A DNA stretch of 64,000 nucleotides, from NCBI GenBank assembly GCA_965235115.1, contig OZ249438.1, positions 32,364,001 to 32,428,000 on the forward strand, written 5' to 3'. Below, piece after piece: positions 40,201-49,813 of this stretch (the first letter of the stretch is position 1; the number at the start of each line of letters is the position of its first letter). A program made the translations under genes and the position numbers. Below the pieces are notes generated by a model. That model ran no database searches and was not told the origin of the DNA. It worked only from the letters and a program-made list of their open reading frames with translations. Origin of the DNA: Laetmonice hystrix (lineage: Eukaryota).

Positions 40201-43200
40201 AGCACAGGCGTTTACGCCATCAGGGCACCCATTGGGTCAGTCGACCACTGGGTTGGGAGCTCGGCCTAAGAGAGTTACAATTGAGAACTCACAGCTCTAG
40301 GCTTGAGGCTGACCCTAAATTTGGCCTCAGAAATGGGTTGAAAATGTCTTCCTTGTTTTCTATATGAGCTAGAAGGAATGACGGGAAAAAAGAACGCCTG
40401 CCTTGGGAGTTACTAATTAGCAGTAATCAATGAGTCCGGCGTGGGAAAAGAGCGGTGTATTTTATTTGGAAAGATTACTACATGAACTTTCATGTCGTTT
40501 TTGCCGCAGGGAAGAGCTAACCCAAGAGACGTCGGTGTACGTCTATCATAGGATCGCTATCTCCTGAGTGACACTTCCTTTCTTTTGTGTGTTCCAGACA
40601 TTTGGATTTCTTTGAAATGGTTCGGACAGAAGATGAAAGGGAACTAGCAAAGAAATTAGAAAGTGTAAGTGGTGTGTCATGACACAGAGGGTTTGAGATT
40701 TCTGAGCATGTTTTTGAGCTGGAGACTATGATTAAACCACTGTTTATAGTGTTGGCCGGTAGGAGATTCTGTCCCTTCACCATCATCGTTATAGAACTAA
40801 GGTAGTATCACTATAAACCTTGGTGTGCCCAGTCTTAGCCCAAAGGGCGTATCGTTGTCCTAAATGTCTAATGAATTTGATTGTGAGTTTAAAAATACAT
40901 CTAAGGGGTCAACATCCTTTGTGCTTGCCATGCACAAACCAAATACATGTATGTGCATGTCTTCAAACGTTGCTTGCATGTTTTTATGTCAGAAAAAAAG
41001 AGTGAATAATTAAAAGTTATTTATGTATTTCATGCAGAGTCATATTGACACAAAGAGTGCAACTGCCATGTTTGAGTTACTGAGGAAGAAACTCCACTTC
41101 AGCGTGGCTTACCCTCATCTTCTCTCGATCCTCTTCCACTTCCTCAACCTGCCCTGTGAGTTCTCATTGTGGTTCATTATCGGGCTAATTACCATAATAT
41201 ATGAAATTAGTCCCTGTTGTATGCAACCAAAAATTGGGTAACTTTTATGGTAAAAGCACAGAATATCAGTGATATATTCTTTTTAATTTTCACATCATTC
41301 ATGTAGATAAACATTTCAAGTATAACTACATCAAGAGTATGTTACTCTTCCTTTTTATCTCTTTAACAAGTGACAACAACTTTGATGTACCCATTACTTG
41401 ACTCGTTTTTTGTCTCATTGTCACAGTTGGAAACAACGCAGCACAACACTGGCAACTGATTGATAGGATTGTACAACAGGTGACGCTGCAGACGAAGGAA
41501 GGAGATCCTGACGTCGAACCGCTGGAGATTGACGTGAAGAAGATTGTCAAACAGTAAGTGTTAATATATCACTGAGTCCAGGCCAGACTGCACTCTGTTT
41601 GCAAACTGGTTTCTGTTTGGAAAGAAGCTAAGATTTAGTTGAGCATTGGTTATCAAGGTTGTCTGTGATAATGATGTATATTAGGACTTTAGAACGCAAT
41701 GCGTTTTTGATTTAATCAGTAACATTTTGAAATTATTTCAAAATATTCTTGGAAGATCACAGCTAAAAATGTCTCAGTCTCTAAATATATCCTCATCTAA
41801 ATCGTCCTTATTGTTTGTTTATTTACAGGCTTGCCAATGAAAATGAAATCAAAGCCGTTCAGACGAAGATGCGGGAAACGCAAAAGGAAAATGATGAACT
41901 GGCATCCAAACTTGCTAAGAAGGAGCGTGAGTGTGAGGCCAAGGCTGTGGAGAAGGTAACATGTCAAACATATTGATTAGTACCGTTTAAAACGTGCTAG
42001 ACAGAGAATCGGGCAGTAATGTCTGGAAACACTATGAGCTGAAAAAAATAATTGATCCATCTCTGTTAGGTTAGTAAGATGTGTGTGTGTGAATTTTCAT
42101 GCAAATCCCTCATCCATTTCAACAGGAGGAACTCATCTCAACAATGAATAAAATGAAAGGAAAGCTTGAGGAAGAGAAAGAGAGACACCTACAAACTAAA
42201 ATCCAATTGGAAGAGCTGACATCGATGGTGAACAATCTCCAGCAGCTCATTGAGGCGGAACGAGCTGAAAGAATGAAGCTCGAACACGCGGTAAAGACTG
42301 GCAGTTTGCCAGACGATGCCAAAGCTGGGTTCGCATCGGCTGCAGCTTTTGCTGCAGCTTCTGCAATGGTTGGATCCATGCCACCTCCACCGCTGCCACC
42401 AGGAGGGGCACCACCTCCGCCACCACTGCCAGGGTTCGGGGCCCCACCACCACCTCCACCACCGTTTGGAGGGGCACCACCACCACCGCCTCCTCCAGGT
42501 ATGAAAAAAAATCCTTTTGGATTCAATACGGCAATGATCACCTCCCATCCACTGTACAACTCCATGCTTGATTACGACTTGAGCTTTTGTTGAAATCTTT
42601 TACTTCATGACGCAGGTTCCCGTGGAGGTTTTCTCTCCAGTCTGCCAGGCCTGGCTGTCAGGAAGAAGAACACACCCAAACCAACAAATGCCCTCAAGTC
42701 TTTCAATTGGGCCAAACTTCCAGATGTAAGTCCTCAACACTGCACCTCCTACGAAACAAATTGGATGTAGCCAGTCTGAAGTAGCCTTTCAAGTTTTGTT
42801 GAAATCAGTCATCACAGTGGACATATCAATATCATGTGAGATAAATTAACGAGTAATCATTGTTAACTCTCTGTTCTGCGTAAGTTAGACTTGCATGATT
42901 TCGGTTAAGATGATTGAGTATGGAAATTTTGATGGTTGTTTGTATAGAACAAGATCAAGGGTACAGTGTGGACTGACATCGAGGAAACACGGGTAAGCCA
43001 ATCTCAAACTCTCTTATGATTTCCTCGTTGCAAATGTTTTGTTATTTCAAGCTGGCCTTTAAACAACGCTCAACCTTTGCGTTATAATGAGTACATGAAT
43101 TGTGAACGTCTTTGATTCCCCGCCAGATGTACAACATTCTTGACCTGGTCGAGTTTGAGCGGACCTTCTCGGCGTACCAGCGTCAGGACACGAGCTCGGT

Positions 43201-45484
43201 GAGCGACCTCTTCAACAAGGAAATCAAGAACAAGGAACTGTCAGTGATCGACGGCCGCCGGGCACAGAACTGTACCATTTTACTCTCCAAACTCAAGATG
43301 ACCAATGCCGAGTTGGCCGCCGCCATATTCAATATGGACGAGCAAGAGGAAATACCGAAGGACATGGCCGAGCAGCTGCTCAAATTCGTGCCGACTCCAG
43401 AGGAAACTCAGCTGCTATCAGAACACGAGGCGGACATTGAGTCGATGGCAAAAGCAGACAGGTTCTTGTTTGAGATGAGTCGGATTGAACACTATGAGGC
43501 AAGGCTCAGGGCTCTGTTCTTCAAGAAGAAATTCAGCGAGCGTCTCAGTGAATGTAAACCCAAAGTTGAAGGTCAGTTTATAAGTTGATAGATAAGCTGC
43601 TGTGAAGAGAAATTCATAGAAACCTGCGGATAGAATTAAAACAGATGGCTTTACTGGAGCTGTGATATTGTGTAGGGTCTGATATTGGTAGTTCAAGGCC
43701 CAACATTGTTAAACTTGAAAGAAATACAATGAAGTCTTATTGTCTCTCTCTAGCGGTGCTTGAGGCGTCAAAAGAAATCTCAAGAGGGCGACGTCTAAAG
43801 AAGATTTTGGAGATTGTTCTAGCGTTTGGTAACTATATGAACCGTGGAGCCAGGGGCAACGCGAGCGGCTTCAAAATCAACAGCCTAGGAAAGATAGTCG
43901 ACACCAAATCCAGCATTGACAAAAGAATCACACTTCTCCACTACCTGCTGGAAGTCATCGGTAAAAAGGTAGGATGTATATAAGATTAATGTGGATACAC
44001 TAAATGTTTCATTCAGGATAGCCCTAATAAAAGAGAGTTCTTACTTGGTAATGGTGGCAGCACTGACCATCATTGGTATACCTTTTATGTTGAGCATGTT
44101 ATATGGCATATCTAGTCAATGAAGCTTAACTCTGTGATGATTGTGTTTTAATATACATCTTGCAGTTTCCTGATCTGCTCAAGTTAGAAGAGGAATTGCC
44201 ACATGTTCGTAAAGCAGCAAAAGTCAAGTAAGTTCCGTAGATGCATACCTTACATGTATATTGTGGTGTTCTACTCATACATGTATGACTGTCAATAAAA
44301 ATAATAATCATGTAAAAGGCAAGGAACTTATCTACCGATGGTTTTCAAGCAACGTAATGTATAAAGTTGCTGAGGTCCATTTAATGCCCCACAAAGTTGC
44401 ACACCCTGATTTGTCACACTTGGGGTCTGTATTTCAGCATGACAGAGTTGGATACGGAGGTTGGTGTGTTGCGGATGGGTCTCAGAGACATAGAGAAGGA
44501 GTTGTCTTACTTCCAGAAGAAGGCCATTGTAAACGACGGACGAAAAGATAAATTTATCACAGTGATGAGTGACTTTGTCACTGTCGCCGCCTATAACTTC
44601 TCGGACCTCGAGGACCAAGTCCTAGACATGAAACAAAGGGTAAGCTGGTTTGCTGCTTACATAGTTGAATGACCATATGAGTATGCCATTCTCGTCTTAA
44701 AATTGAAGAGCTCTGTGTGCTATAATCATGTTCATTGATCCACAGTAGGACGAGTGTATGTTTGGTTGAACAAAGACGTCCGTATTATTTTCAGTATGAG
44801 AAGGCTGTGAAGTCGTTTGGAGAGGATCCAAAGGTTCAACCCGACGAGTTCTATGGAGTCTTCGATCTATTCATCACGTCTTTCCTGGAGGCCCATCAGG
44901 AGAATGAACGTCTCCGACGGCACAAAGAGGAGGAAGAGAAAAGAGCAAAGATGGATGAAAAGGTAAAATGGAATTTACAACAAAAAATCATGTCTACTAA
45001 AAACGTTCTTTTTATCAAAAGATCCTGGATTTGTTAAATTTTTACCCCATAAAAGTTGCTAATGTTTTCTTTCTTGGGGGCTTACAGCTCAGGGCGGAGA
45101 AAGAGAAGCAGAGGCGAATGAGCAATGGCAGAGGTGGCAAGGAAAAAGGTGAGAATTACAAGGATATTAGTGAATTTAATTTTTCAAAGATTATTGAAGA
45201 GATACAAAAGTGAAGAGTAAACCCAAGAATAGGTTTAAGAGATAAGCCGCGTCTATGTCCCTACATATATATAGGGAGGGTGTATATTATAGGATTCATG
45301 GTGATGTAACTAAACTTTCACTGTTACAGGCGAGTTTGATGACTTGATATCAGCCTTACGCACAGGGGACGTCTTTGGTGACGACATCGCTAAATTAAAA
45401 AAGACCCAACGGCGACGAGTTAGCAAGGAGACGATCGCAGGCCCAAACAGGCGCGAACGGTCTGGCTACAAGGCCACATCGTAG
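7088..45484 (+). CDS. DAAM: Dishevelled-associated activator of morphogenesis (DAAM) formin, complete 22-exon CDS, 1077 aa
   Basis: join(7088..7249,20987..21076,32390..32458,34018..34106,35599..35734,36862..37059,37541..37651,39313..39416,40598..40664,41038..41155,41427..41553,41829..41955,42126..42498,42616..42725,42948..42992,43127..43571,43754..43968,44166..44227,44438..44639,44795..44962,45088..45148,45330..45484). All introns GT-AG, phases consistent, sum 3234 nt. DAAM-type motifs: [49 protein letters not shown], poly-Pro FH1, [50 protein letters not shown]. Confidence 0.96.
9396..9725 (-). mobile_element. Possible SINE/LINE 3' fragment with (TTACA)n tail
   Basis: (TGTAA)~4 at 9396-9414 abuts a GC-richer ~300-bp block; no family recognised. 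Confidence 0.35.
11458..11714. mobile_element. MITE with 16-bp imperfect TIR and 5-bp TSD ATAAA
   Basis: CAGGCGCTGATCCAGG ... CCTGGATCCGCCTCTG (13/16); ATAAA at 11453-57 and 11715-19; poly-C/A core. Confidence 0.85.
12558..12719. repeat. 42-bp minisatellite x~4 (GGGACGAACGGGGACCAAATGGTGATAGTAACTCCAACCAAT)
   Basis: 14-aa periodicity in five ORF frames. Confidence 0.95.
12967..12992. repeat. (GTCT)6 microsatellite
   Basis: Read directly. Confidence 0.95.
16618..16993. repeat. 76-bp tandem repeat x5
   Basis: GAAGGAGAGC at 16621, 16697, 16773, 16849, 16925; near-identical units. Confidence 0.97.
20987..21076 (+). CDS. DAAM: DAAM exon 2 ([30 protein letters not shown])
   Basis: ttttag/GTAAGG, 90 nt, phase 0-0; GBD motif. 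Confidence 0.95.
24341..24779. mobile_element. Palindromic MITE: perfect 69-bp inner inverted repeats inside decayed Tc1/mariner-like ends
   Basis: 24498-24566 is the exact reverse complement of 24687-24755; right end CACCCTG|TA at 24773-24781; decayed left partner GGGTGACCCC...CAGAACCT 24341-24372. Confidence 0.85.
30610..31594. repeat. 71-bp minisatellite x~14
   Basis: Unit GGAAAGCTGGCCCAGGTAGATGATCAGACAGCACGCTGCCCTCAGACCTACGGCCCAGGGACCACTCAGTA; AAGCTGGCC at 31011, 31082, 31152, 31223. Confidence 0.97.
32390..32458 (+). CDS. DAAM: DAAM exon 3 ([23 protein letters not shown])
   Basis: ttacag/GTAAGT, 69 nt. Confidence 0.93.
34018..34106 (+). CDS. DAAM: DAAM exon 4 ([29 protein letters not shown])
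   Basis: ttgaag/GTACGG, 89 nt, phase 0-2. Confidence 0.92.
35599..35734 (+). CDS. DAAM: DAAM exon 5 ([18 protein letters not shown]...KALMNNT)
   Basis: ttgcag/GTAAGT, 136 nt, phase 2-0. Confidence 0.95.
36862..37059 (+). CDS. DAAM: DAAM exon 6 ([10 protein letters not shown]...GERTRFQ)
   Basis: ttgcag/GTAAAT, 198 nt. Confidence 0.95.
37541..37651 (+). CDS. DAAM: DAAM exon 7 ([11 protein letters not shown]...ALKYSPGQ); donor tandemly multiplied downstream
   Basis: tttcag/GTAGGT, 111 nt; 3' boundary could be any of five in-frame donors. Confidence 0.9.
37626..37920 (+). repeat. 60-bp tandem repeat x~5 spanning the DAAM exon 7 donor
   Basis: Donor GT at 37652, 37712, 37772, 37832, 37892. Confidence 0.97.
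38181..38394. mobile_element. MITE of TACTGTA...TACAGTA type with TTTCGCG/CGCGAAA internal inverted motifs
   Basis: TACTGTATATC ... GATTTACAGAGTA; TTTAATTTCGCG versus TGCGAAATTAAAG. Confidence 0.65.
38440..38536 (-). mobile_element. tRNA-derived SINE head remnant
   Basis: Pol III B-box GGTTCGATTCC on the minus strand (38485-38495); A-box decayed; no cloverleaf. Confidence 0.5.
39313..39416 (+). CDS. DAAM: DAAM exon 8 ([17 protein letters not shown]...VTLE)
   Basis: tttcag/GTAAGT, 104 nt, phase 0-2. Confidence 0.95.
40598..40664 (+). CDS. DAAM: DAAM exon 9 ([22 protein letters not shown])
   Basis: ttccag/GTAAGT, 67 nt, phase 2-0. Confidence 0.94.
41038..41155 (+). CDS. DAAM: DAAM exon 10 ([15 protein letters not shown]...FLNLP)
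   Basis: atgcag/GTGAGT, 118 nt, phase 0-1. Confidence 0.94.
41427..41553 (+). CDS. DAAM: DAAM exon 11 ([18 protein letters not shown]...KKIVK)
   Basis: tcacag/GTAAGT, 127 nt, phase 1-2. Confidence 0.94.
41829..41955 (+). CDS. DAAM: DAAM exon 12 (LANENEIK...[13 protein letters not shown]), coiled coil
   Basis: ttacag/GTAACA, 127 nt, phase 2-0. Confidence 0.94.
42126..42498 (+). CDS. DAAM: DAAM exon 13, coiled coil plus FH1 poly-proline
   Basis: caacag/GTATGA, 373 nt; [11 protein letters not shown]...GSLPDDAK...[15 protein letters not shown]. Confidence 0.94.
42616..42725 (+). CDS. DAAM: DAAM exon 14 (start of FH2, [21 protein letters not shown])
   Basis: acgcag/GTAAGT, 110 nt, phase 1-0. 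Confidence 0.93.
42948..42992 (+). CDS. DAAM: DAAM exon 15 ([15 protein letters not shown])
   Basis: gtatag/GTAAGC, 45 nt. Confidence 0.93.
43127..43571 (+). CDS. DAAM: DAAM exon 16 (FH2 core)
   Basis: cgccag/GTCAGT, 445 nt; [34 protein letters not shown]. Confidence 0.96.
43754..43968 (+). CDS. DAAM: DAAM exon 17 (FH2, [18 protein letters not shown])
   Basis: ctctag/GTAGGA, 215 nt, phase 1-0. Confidence 0.96.
44166..44227 (+). CDS. DAAM: DAAM exon 18 ([20 protein letters not shown])
   Basis: ttgcag/GTAAGT, 62 nt, phase 0-2. Confidence 0.94.
44438..44639 (+). CDS. DAAM: DAAM exon 19 (MTELDTEV...DMKQR)
   Basis: tttcag/GTAAGC, 202 nt, phase 2-0. Confidence 0.94.
44795..44962 (+). CDS. DAAM: DAAM exon 20 ([11 protein letters not shown]...KMDEK)
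   Basis: tttcag/GTAAAA, 168 nt. Confidence 0.94.
45088..45148 (+). CDS. DAAM: DAAM exon 21 ([20 protein letters not shown])
   Basis: ttacag/GTGAGA, 61 nt, phase 0-1. Confidence 0.9.
45330..45484 (+). CDS. DAAM: DAAM exon 22, DAD autoinhibitory domain and stop
   Basis: ttacag acceptor; [30 protein letters not shown]...KATS, TAG 45482-45484. Confidence 0.95.
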
Positions 45485-48400
45485 TGGACACTCACTGGGT
45501 ACTTAGTGAAGCCGAACAAAAAGGTGACCTTGGCCTGACCTCAGTGTGAAGACATATATACATGTAATCTACACGTCGTTTAAAAGGATTTTGACCGTGC
45601 AGAGTACCTAATTACCGGCATATTATAAGATTATCGCGGCAGGAGTAAGGAAAACATTGGAAAGCGTCCAAGGCTAGCTTTCAGCTGATAACCGGGGTCG
45701 ATTTCTCATGAAGGACAGTGGGACCACACACGTTAACGTTTGTAGGCCTATCTATCAGTAGTCAACATGTATGCCAACCACCCCAACCCCACATCGTCCC
45801 TGTACAACAAGGGTTGGGGACGGTCTTCAGGAAATCACGTGTACATACCAACACTTGACACCAATCGTCGGGTGGGAGTTAGTACCCACCTACTCCCCAG
45901 ACGACGGTCAAACCAAAGAATCCTGGACGACAATCCACAGTAACTCTGTATAGGAGAGACACACATCAAATGACTGAGTGCTTGCCAAGCACTGAATATG
46001 CTAGTCTTGAGACTATGGCGTCGAGATTTCAACATACATATAGTATGGGCCCTGAGTTGGCTTAGATGACCAGACTGCTGCATCACTTTTGACCGCTGAG
46101 GATTATTAAAGGCTCGAGAGCAGTTAAAACAGAAGGAAAAAAGACAGTTGGCCCACCGGGCAGATTTTCCCAATGTCAGTGGTCGTAGATATTCAAAGAT
46201 ACTTTGTATATAGGTATAGAACTCACCTGGTCACTCGCGCACGGTAGTTTAAATTCGTGAATGTTGTGTCATGTTGACTGATGGTTACCCACTATCTGAG
46301 GAATGATGTGAGCAGTATTACGAGCATTGCCTACAGCCCCTGCACACAAGGTCGGTGCTGTCGTTGCAATACATGTACTGTGACATCGCCATCAGGAAAG
46401 ATAGTTCTAACGTGTACCGCCAGGCGGCCGTGGCGCCAGGGGACCGTGGCAGTTGTCTCAAAGCATGCTCTTCCTTAGTCGGACGTAAATGTTGCACTTT
46501 CAACACCACCAGGTTGAAAGATTCATGATTGTCACATTTTTAGATACCGAGGTCATGATACTGATCAAAGCTTGGATGTCCCTTGATGATTCACGGATAA
46601 TTAGATGTCATACAGGCATTCGATCTGCTTTTCCTTTTGTTAAAAAAAGGTACTGTAGTTTTCGATTTTGCATTGCAGTTCACATGTCTGTGATTTTAGT
46701 TTTCGCAATGTGAATATTACAGGAGGGATTATTGGTGAGAAAAAGTATTGGTGATGCAGATTAGATTTAAGGAAGTGACTTGGCAGATCTGTAAGTGCGT
46801 CGATGAATATCTGGCTAGTAAGGATGGAAATGAATTATAGAGATTGCCTTGGGTAAGACGGGCCAATCCAGAAGGTATCCAAGGCTACTTTGATAACATC
46901 AGAGTCAATCATATAATGAGTTTCTATGCATGCATCAGTGAGAACTGGGTGATGTCATGACAAGAGTGATAGGTTGTCAGTGCAATAAGGAGAACTCTAC
47001 CCGTCACATGCAGAAAACTCGTGATAAGTTTGCCTGCTCAGCCTAAATTTTCCATTGAAGTTATCATAGGCCATACCTGTGTATACAAAAACTGCTATCA
47101 TTGTTTCTCATACCGAAGTGTATAGGAAATACAAAGTAGAGTTATGTTGTATGCTTCTAAAGTAAAGTAAGTGTACTGTTTAAAAAGTGTCTATCTAGTC
47201 AGGCTATTATATCCATATTACAGGTGCTTGTGGTACAGCCATGTGATGTAAAATCGTGTCACTGTAGCACGGATATCTGAGAAATTAGCTCCATTCAAGA
47301 ATGAAAATTGTAGGGCAGCTTGCCCCAGGCACGGTTTTCAATCCAAATTCATCACAAAGCAGGTCTTTGACTAACACACGTGTATATAGATAATTGATAA
47401 AAAGGTTTGTAAAAATAAGTGATTGGATAGTTTATGAAGTGGTACATAGGCCTGGTAGTAATCCTCTACTTTATCTTTATTTTGAAAGATTCCAATTTGG
47501 GTGTTAACATAGTCATGTCATGATGCAAGTGACGAAAAAATAACTAATTTGTCTTACTAACGACTTTTTGCCCTTCAATTTTTGCCACTAACTGAATGGG
47601 AGATTTAGGAGGTAAAATGCATCAGACAAAGGCTCTGAAACCATATTACTAACCTGTGGTTCTAAATTCTTTGGATTTAGGATTTTGTGCATATCTGATA
47701 AAATTAGTTTTTTAATTCACCACACTGATTGAAAACATGATGCACCACACTGATTGAAAACATGATGCAACATTTTGTAGGTGTAAACTGTAAATTACGT
47801 AACCTGAAGTGTTTTCTTGTTTAATATTTGTGTCTAATAATTTGTATGTGATAATGTTATTTATTTGATCTCATTGGATCTTCCATCATCTCTGTTTTTT
47901 AAGTTTCGTAGTATGTAGGCAATGTATATGCCGATAACATTGGAGTTTGCATATATATCATATTTATTCTGTGCCAATAAAAGCTACAACAACCCATTGC
48001 ATGCACACGAGACAAAGACTACTAAAGAGAATTACATGCAGGGTATTTACCAGCAACAGATATTTGTACACGGTATAATGGCATCTATCCACGTCCCTTA
48101 TTTCAGTGATGTAAAACAGCTTTAAAAAGAACTTTTAGGGAGGGGGCGAGTCCATTGGAGTAGATTGCTTTCGTCAAACCAAGTATTCTTCACATTTTCA
48201 GGAATGTCTGTTGAAAAATTGAAAATGTTTCCAAACCAGGAAGTTTGTATCTCAGAAATTCATAAGTGACCGGGTTAAGCTGCACATAGAGGAGTATGCA
48301 GAATACAACCAAAAACTAGTGACTGTGGCTAGAATTTCTTTACACACTCGACCGCTGTGGTGCCACCTAAATATATCATGAACTCGTAAATATACCGGTA

Positions 48401-49230
48401 TGTAGATATGAAAGTGCAGTCTTGAAGTATTGGTACTTCGCTTTTTTTGTTCATATAGAGTACAGTAGATAATCAAGCAGAGTTGAACCACTGTGGATAT
48501 TATAAAACTGCAGGGAAAGACCGTGGATTTTGTAGCAATGAATAACGATATTCAGGCTGGGATGAGCATGTATGCCCACGCCGACTATGTTGACAGTGTG
48601 CCTACTGCAGTTGAAGTTTCTACCACGCCAATGATTCAACTGTTACGACACAGCCACCTCCTGTGGTCAGCCAATGGTGCTCATTTGTTTGCAATTAACT
48701 TGATTTTTGCATATTTTTTCTTGGTAATGTTATTGGAGAGAATCTGTGACATGAGAAACCATCATGTATTTCTGTTCTGTCGGTGTATCATTCTTTGTTC
48801 AGTTGGCATGTGAGACTCCAATTTACAACATTTATGTGTGTGTGTCGGGGGGGGGGGGAGGAGGGTAATTAAATCCTACTATCGCAACAGATTTTGTATC
48901 TTTTTGTACCAAAAGAAAAAAAAATGAAAAAAAATGAAAAAACCCAACACCTTATAAAGGCTCGGTAATTTAAAAATCAGTCATGTGGCTGTACCATGTA
49001 TTACCCCAAGTGGTTTTGTCAACATGTTGTCCATGGCATCGATGCTGTTCGAGCCAATCCTGTGTTTTCTTTACTTTCTACTGTTCGTGCAATGTCTGTT
49101 CACAACTACCAAGGCTGCAGCAGTGTTGTTGCTTTTTGTCAAAACCCAGGTAAAACCTACTTTGTATTGTAGTCAAAAATGTACGTCTAACAAAGTGGAT
49201 TAAAAATAAATACAACTTACTGATAATGTT
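45485..49230 (+). other. Probable long 3' UTR of DAAM
   Basis: No coding signal after the stop; AATAAA at 49205-49210 followed by a T-rich tract. Earlier poly(A) sites are not excluded. Confidence 0.5.
47718..47767. repeat. 25-bp tandem duplication in the DAAM 3' UTR
   Basis: CACCACACTGATTGAAAACATGATG x2. Confidence 0.9.
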
Positions 49231-49246
49231 CGTTTTTATTTTTATT
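49205..49246. terminator. Convergent polyadenylation signals (DAAM +, AP4S1 -)
   Basis: AATAAA + at 49205-10; two minus-strand AATAAA at 49235-40 and 49241-46; another at 49438-43. Confidence 0.5.
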
Positions 49247-49681
49247 TTCATAATTGCAAGACTATTAATAATGCAAAATCTTGCATTGCTGCACATTACA
49301 AAGATCAAATCAAAATCTCATCATCTACAAAATTATTACCAATGTAAATACCCCTACTCCTATTTGGAAGATTGACAGCATGTAATGTACTGGCATGTAT
49401 AAAGAAAAGATGAACAAAAATGTACTGTATATATTATTTTATTATATTAGTACTGAGAAGTCAGACTTTTGTTCTCAGTCAAATAACATTTTGTGGCTAT
49501 GTACAACTCGAATACAATGTACTTAAAACCAGCACCTTACATACAGTTCAGAGGCAGTTTGTACTGTTAGTCCTTTGTGATCCTGTGACTCGCATCTCTG
49601 CCAGTTGATTCCATCTCCTGGATCCTCTCCCCTCCATGGTCGGTAGGAGCCCCAACTTGCTTTATAGTCTCTCGCTGTGTT

Positions 49682-49813
49682 TCAGCGTCTCGTAGCAGCC
49701 AGGTCCAGCACCTGGATGGGTGCCAGGACACGTCTGCGATTGGACTCCACAATCCGTCCGTTTGCTATCATCTCATCCAAAATCATGTGTGCCTTGTCCA
49801 AGTTGAACATGAT
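49682..49813 (-). CDS. AP4S1: AP4S1 last coding exon (43 aa + TGA)
   Basis: cctcag acceptor; [15 protein letters not shown]...AATRR*. Confidence 0.95.
   Translation of the reverse strand: MMFNLDKAHMILDEMIANGRIVESNRRRVLAPIQVLDLAATRR

Noticed and set aside
42119-42565. Gly-rich minus-strand ORFs
   Set aside because: Antisense shadows of the FH1 poly-proline exon.
42499-42593. Read-through of exon 13 into the intron as an alternative C-terminus
   Set aside because: Normal donor and acceptor flank it; a short open run in an intron is expected by chance.
42629-42640. Stronger-looking acceptor ttttctctccAG inside exon 14
   Set aside because: It lies 25 nt downstream of the 42616 acceptor and would frameshift FH2.
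45482-45544. Stop-codon readthrough of DAAM
   Set aside because: TAG-T is a poor readthrough context; about 19 open codons is unremarkable.
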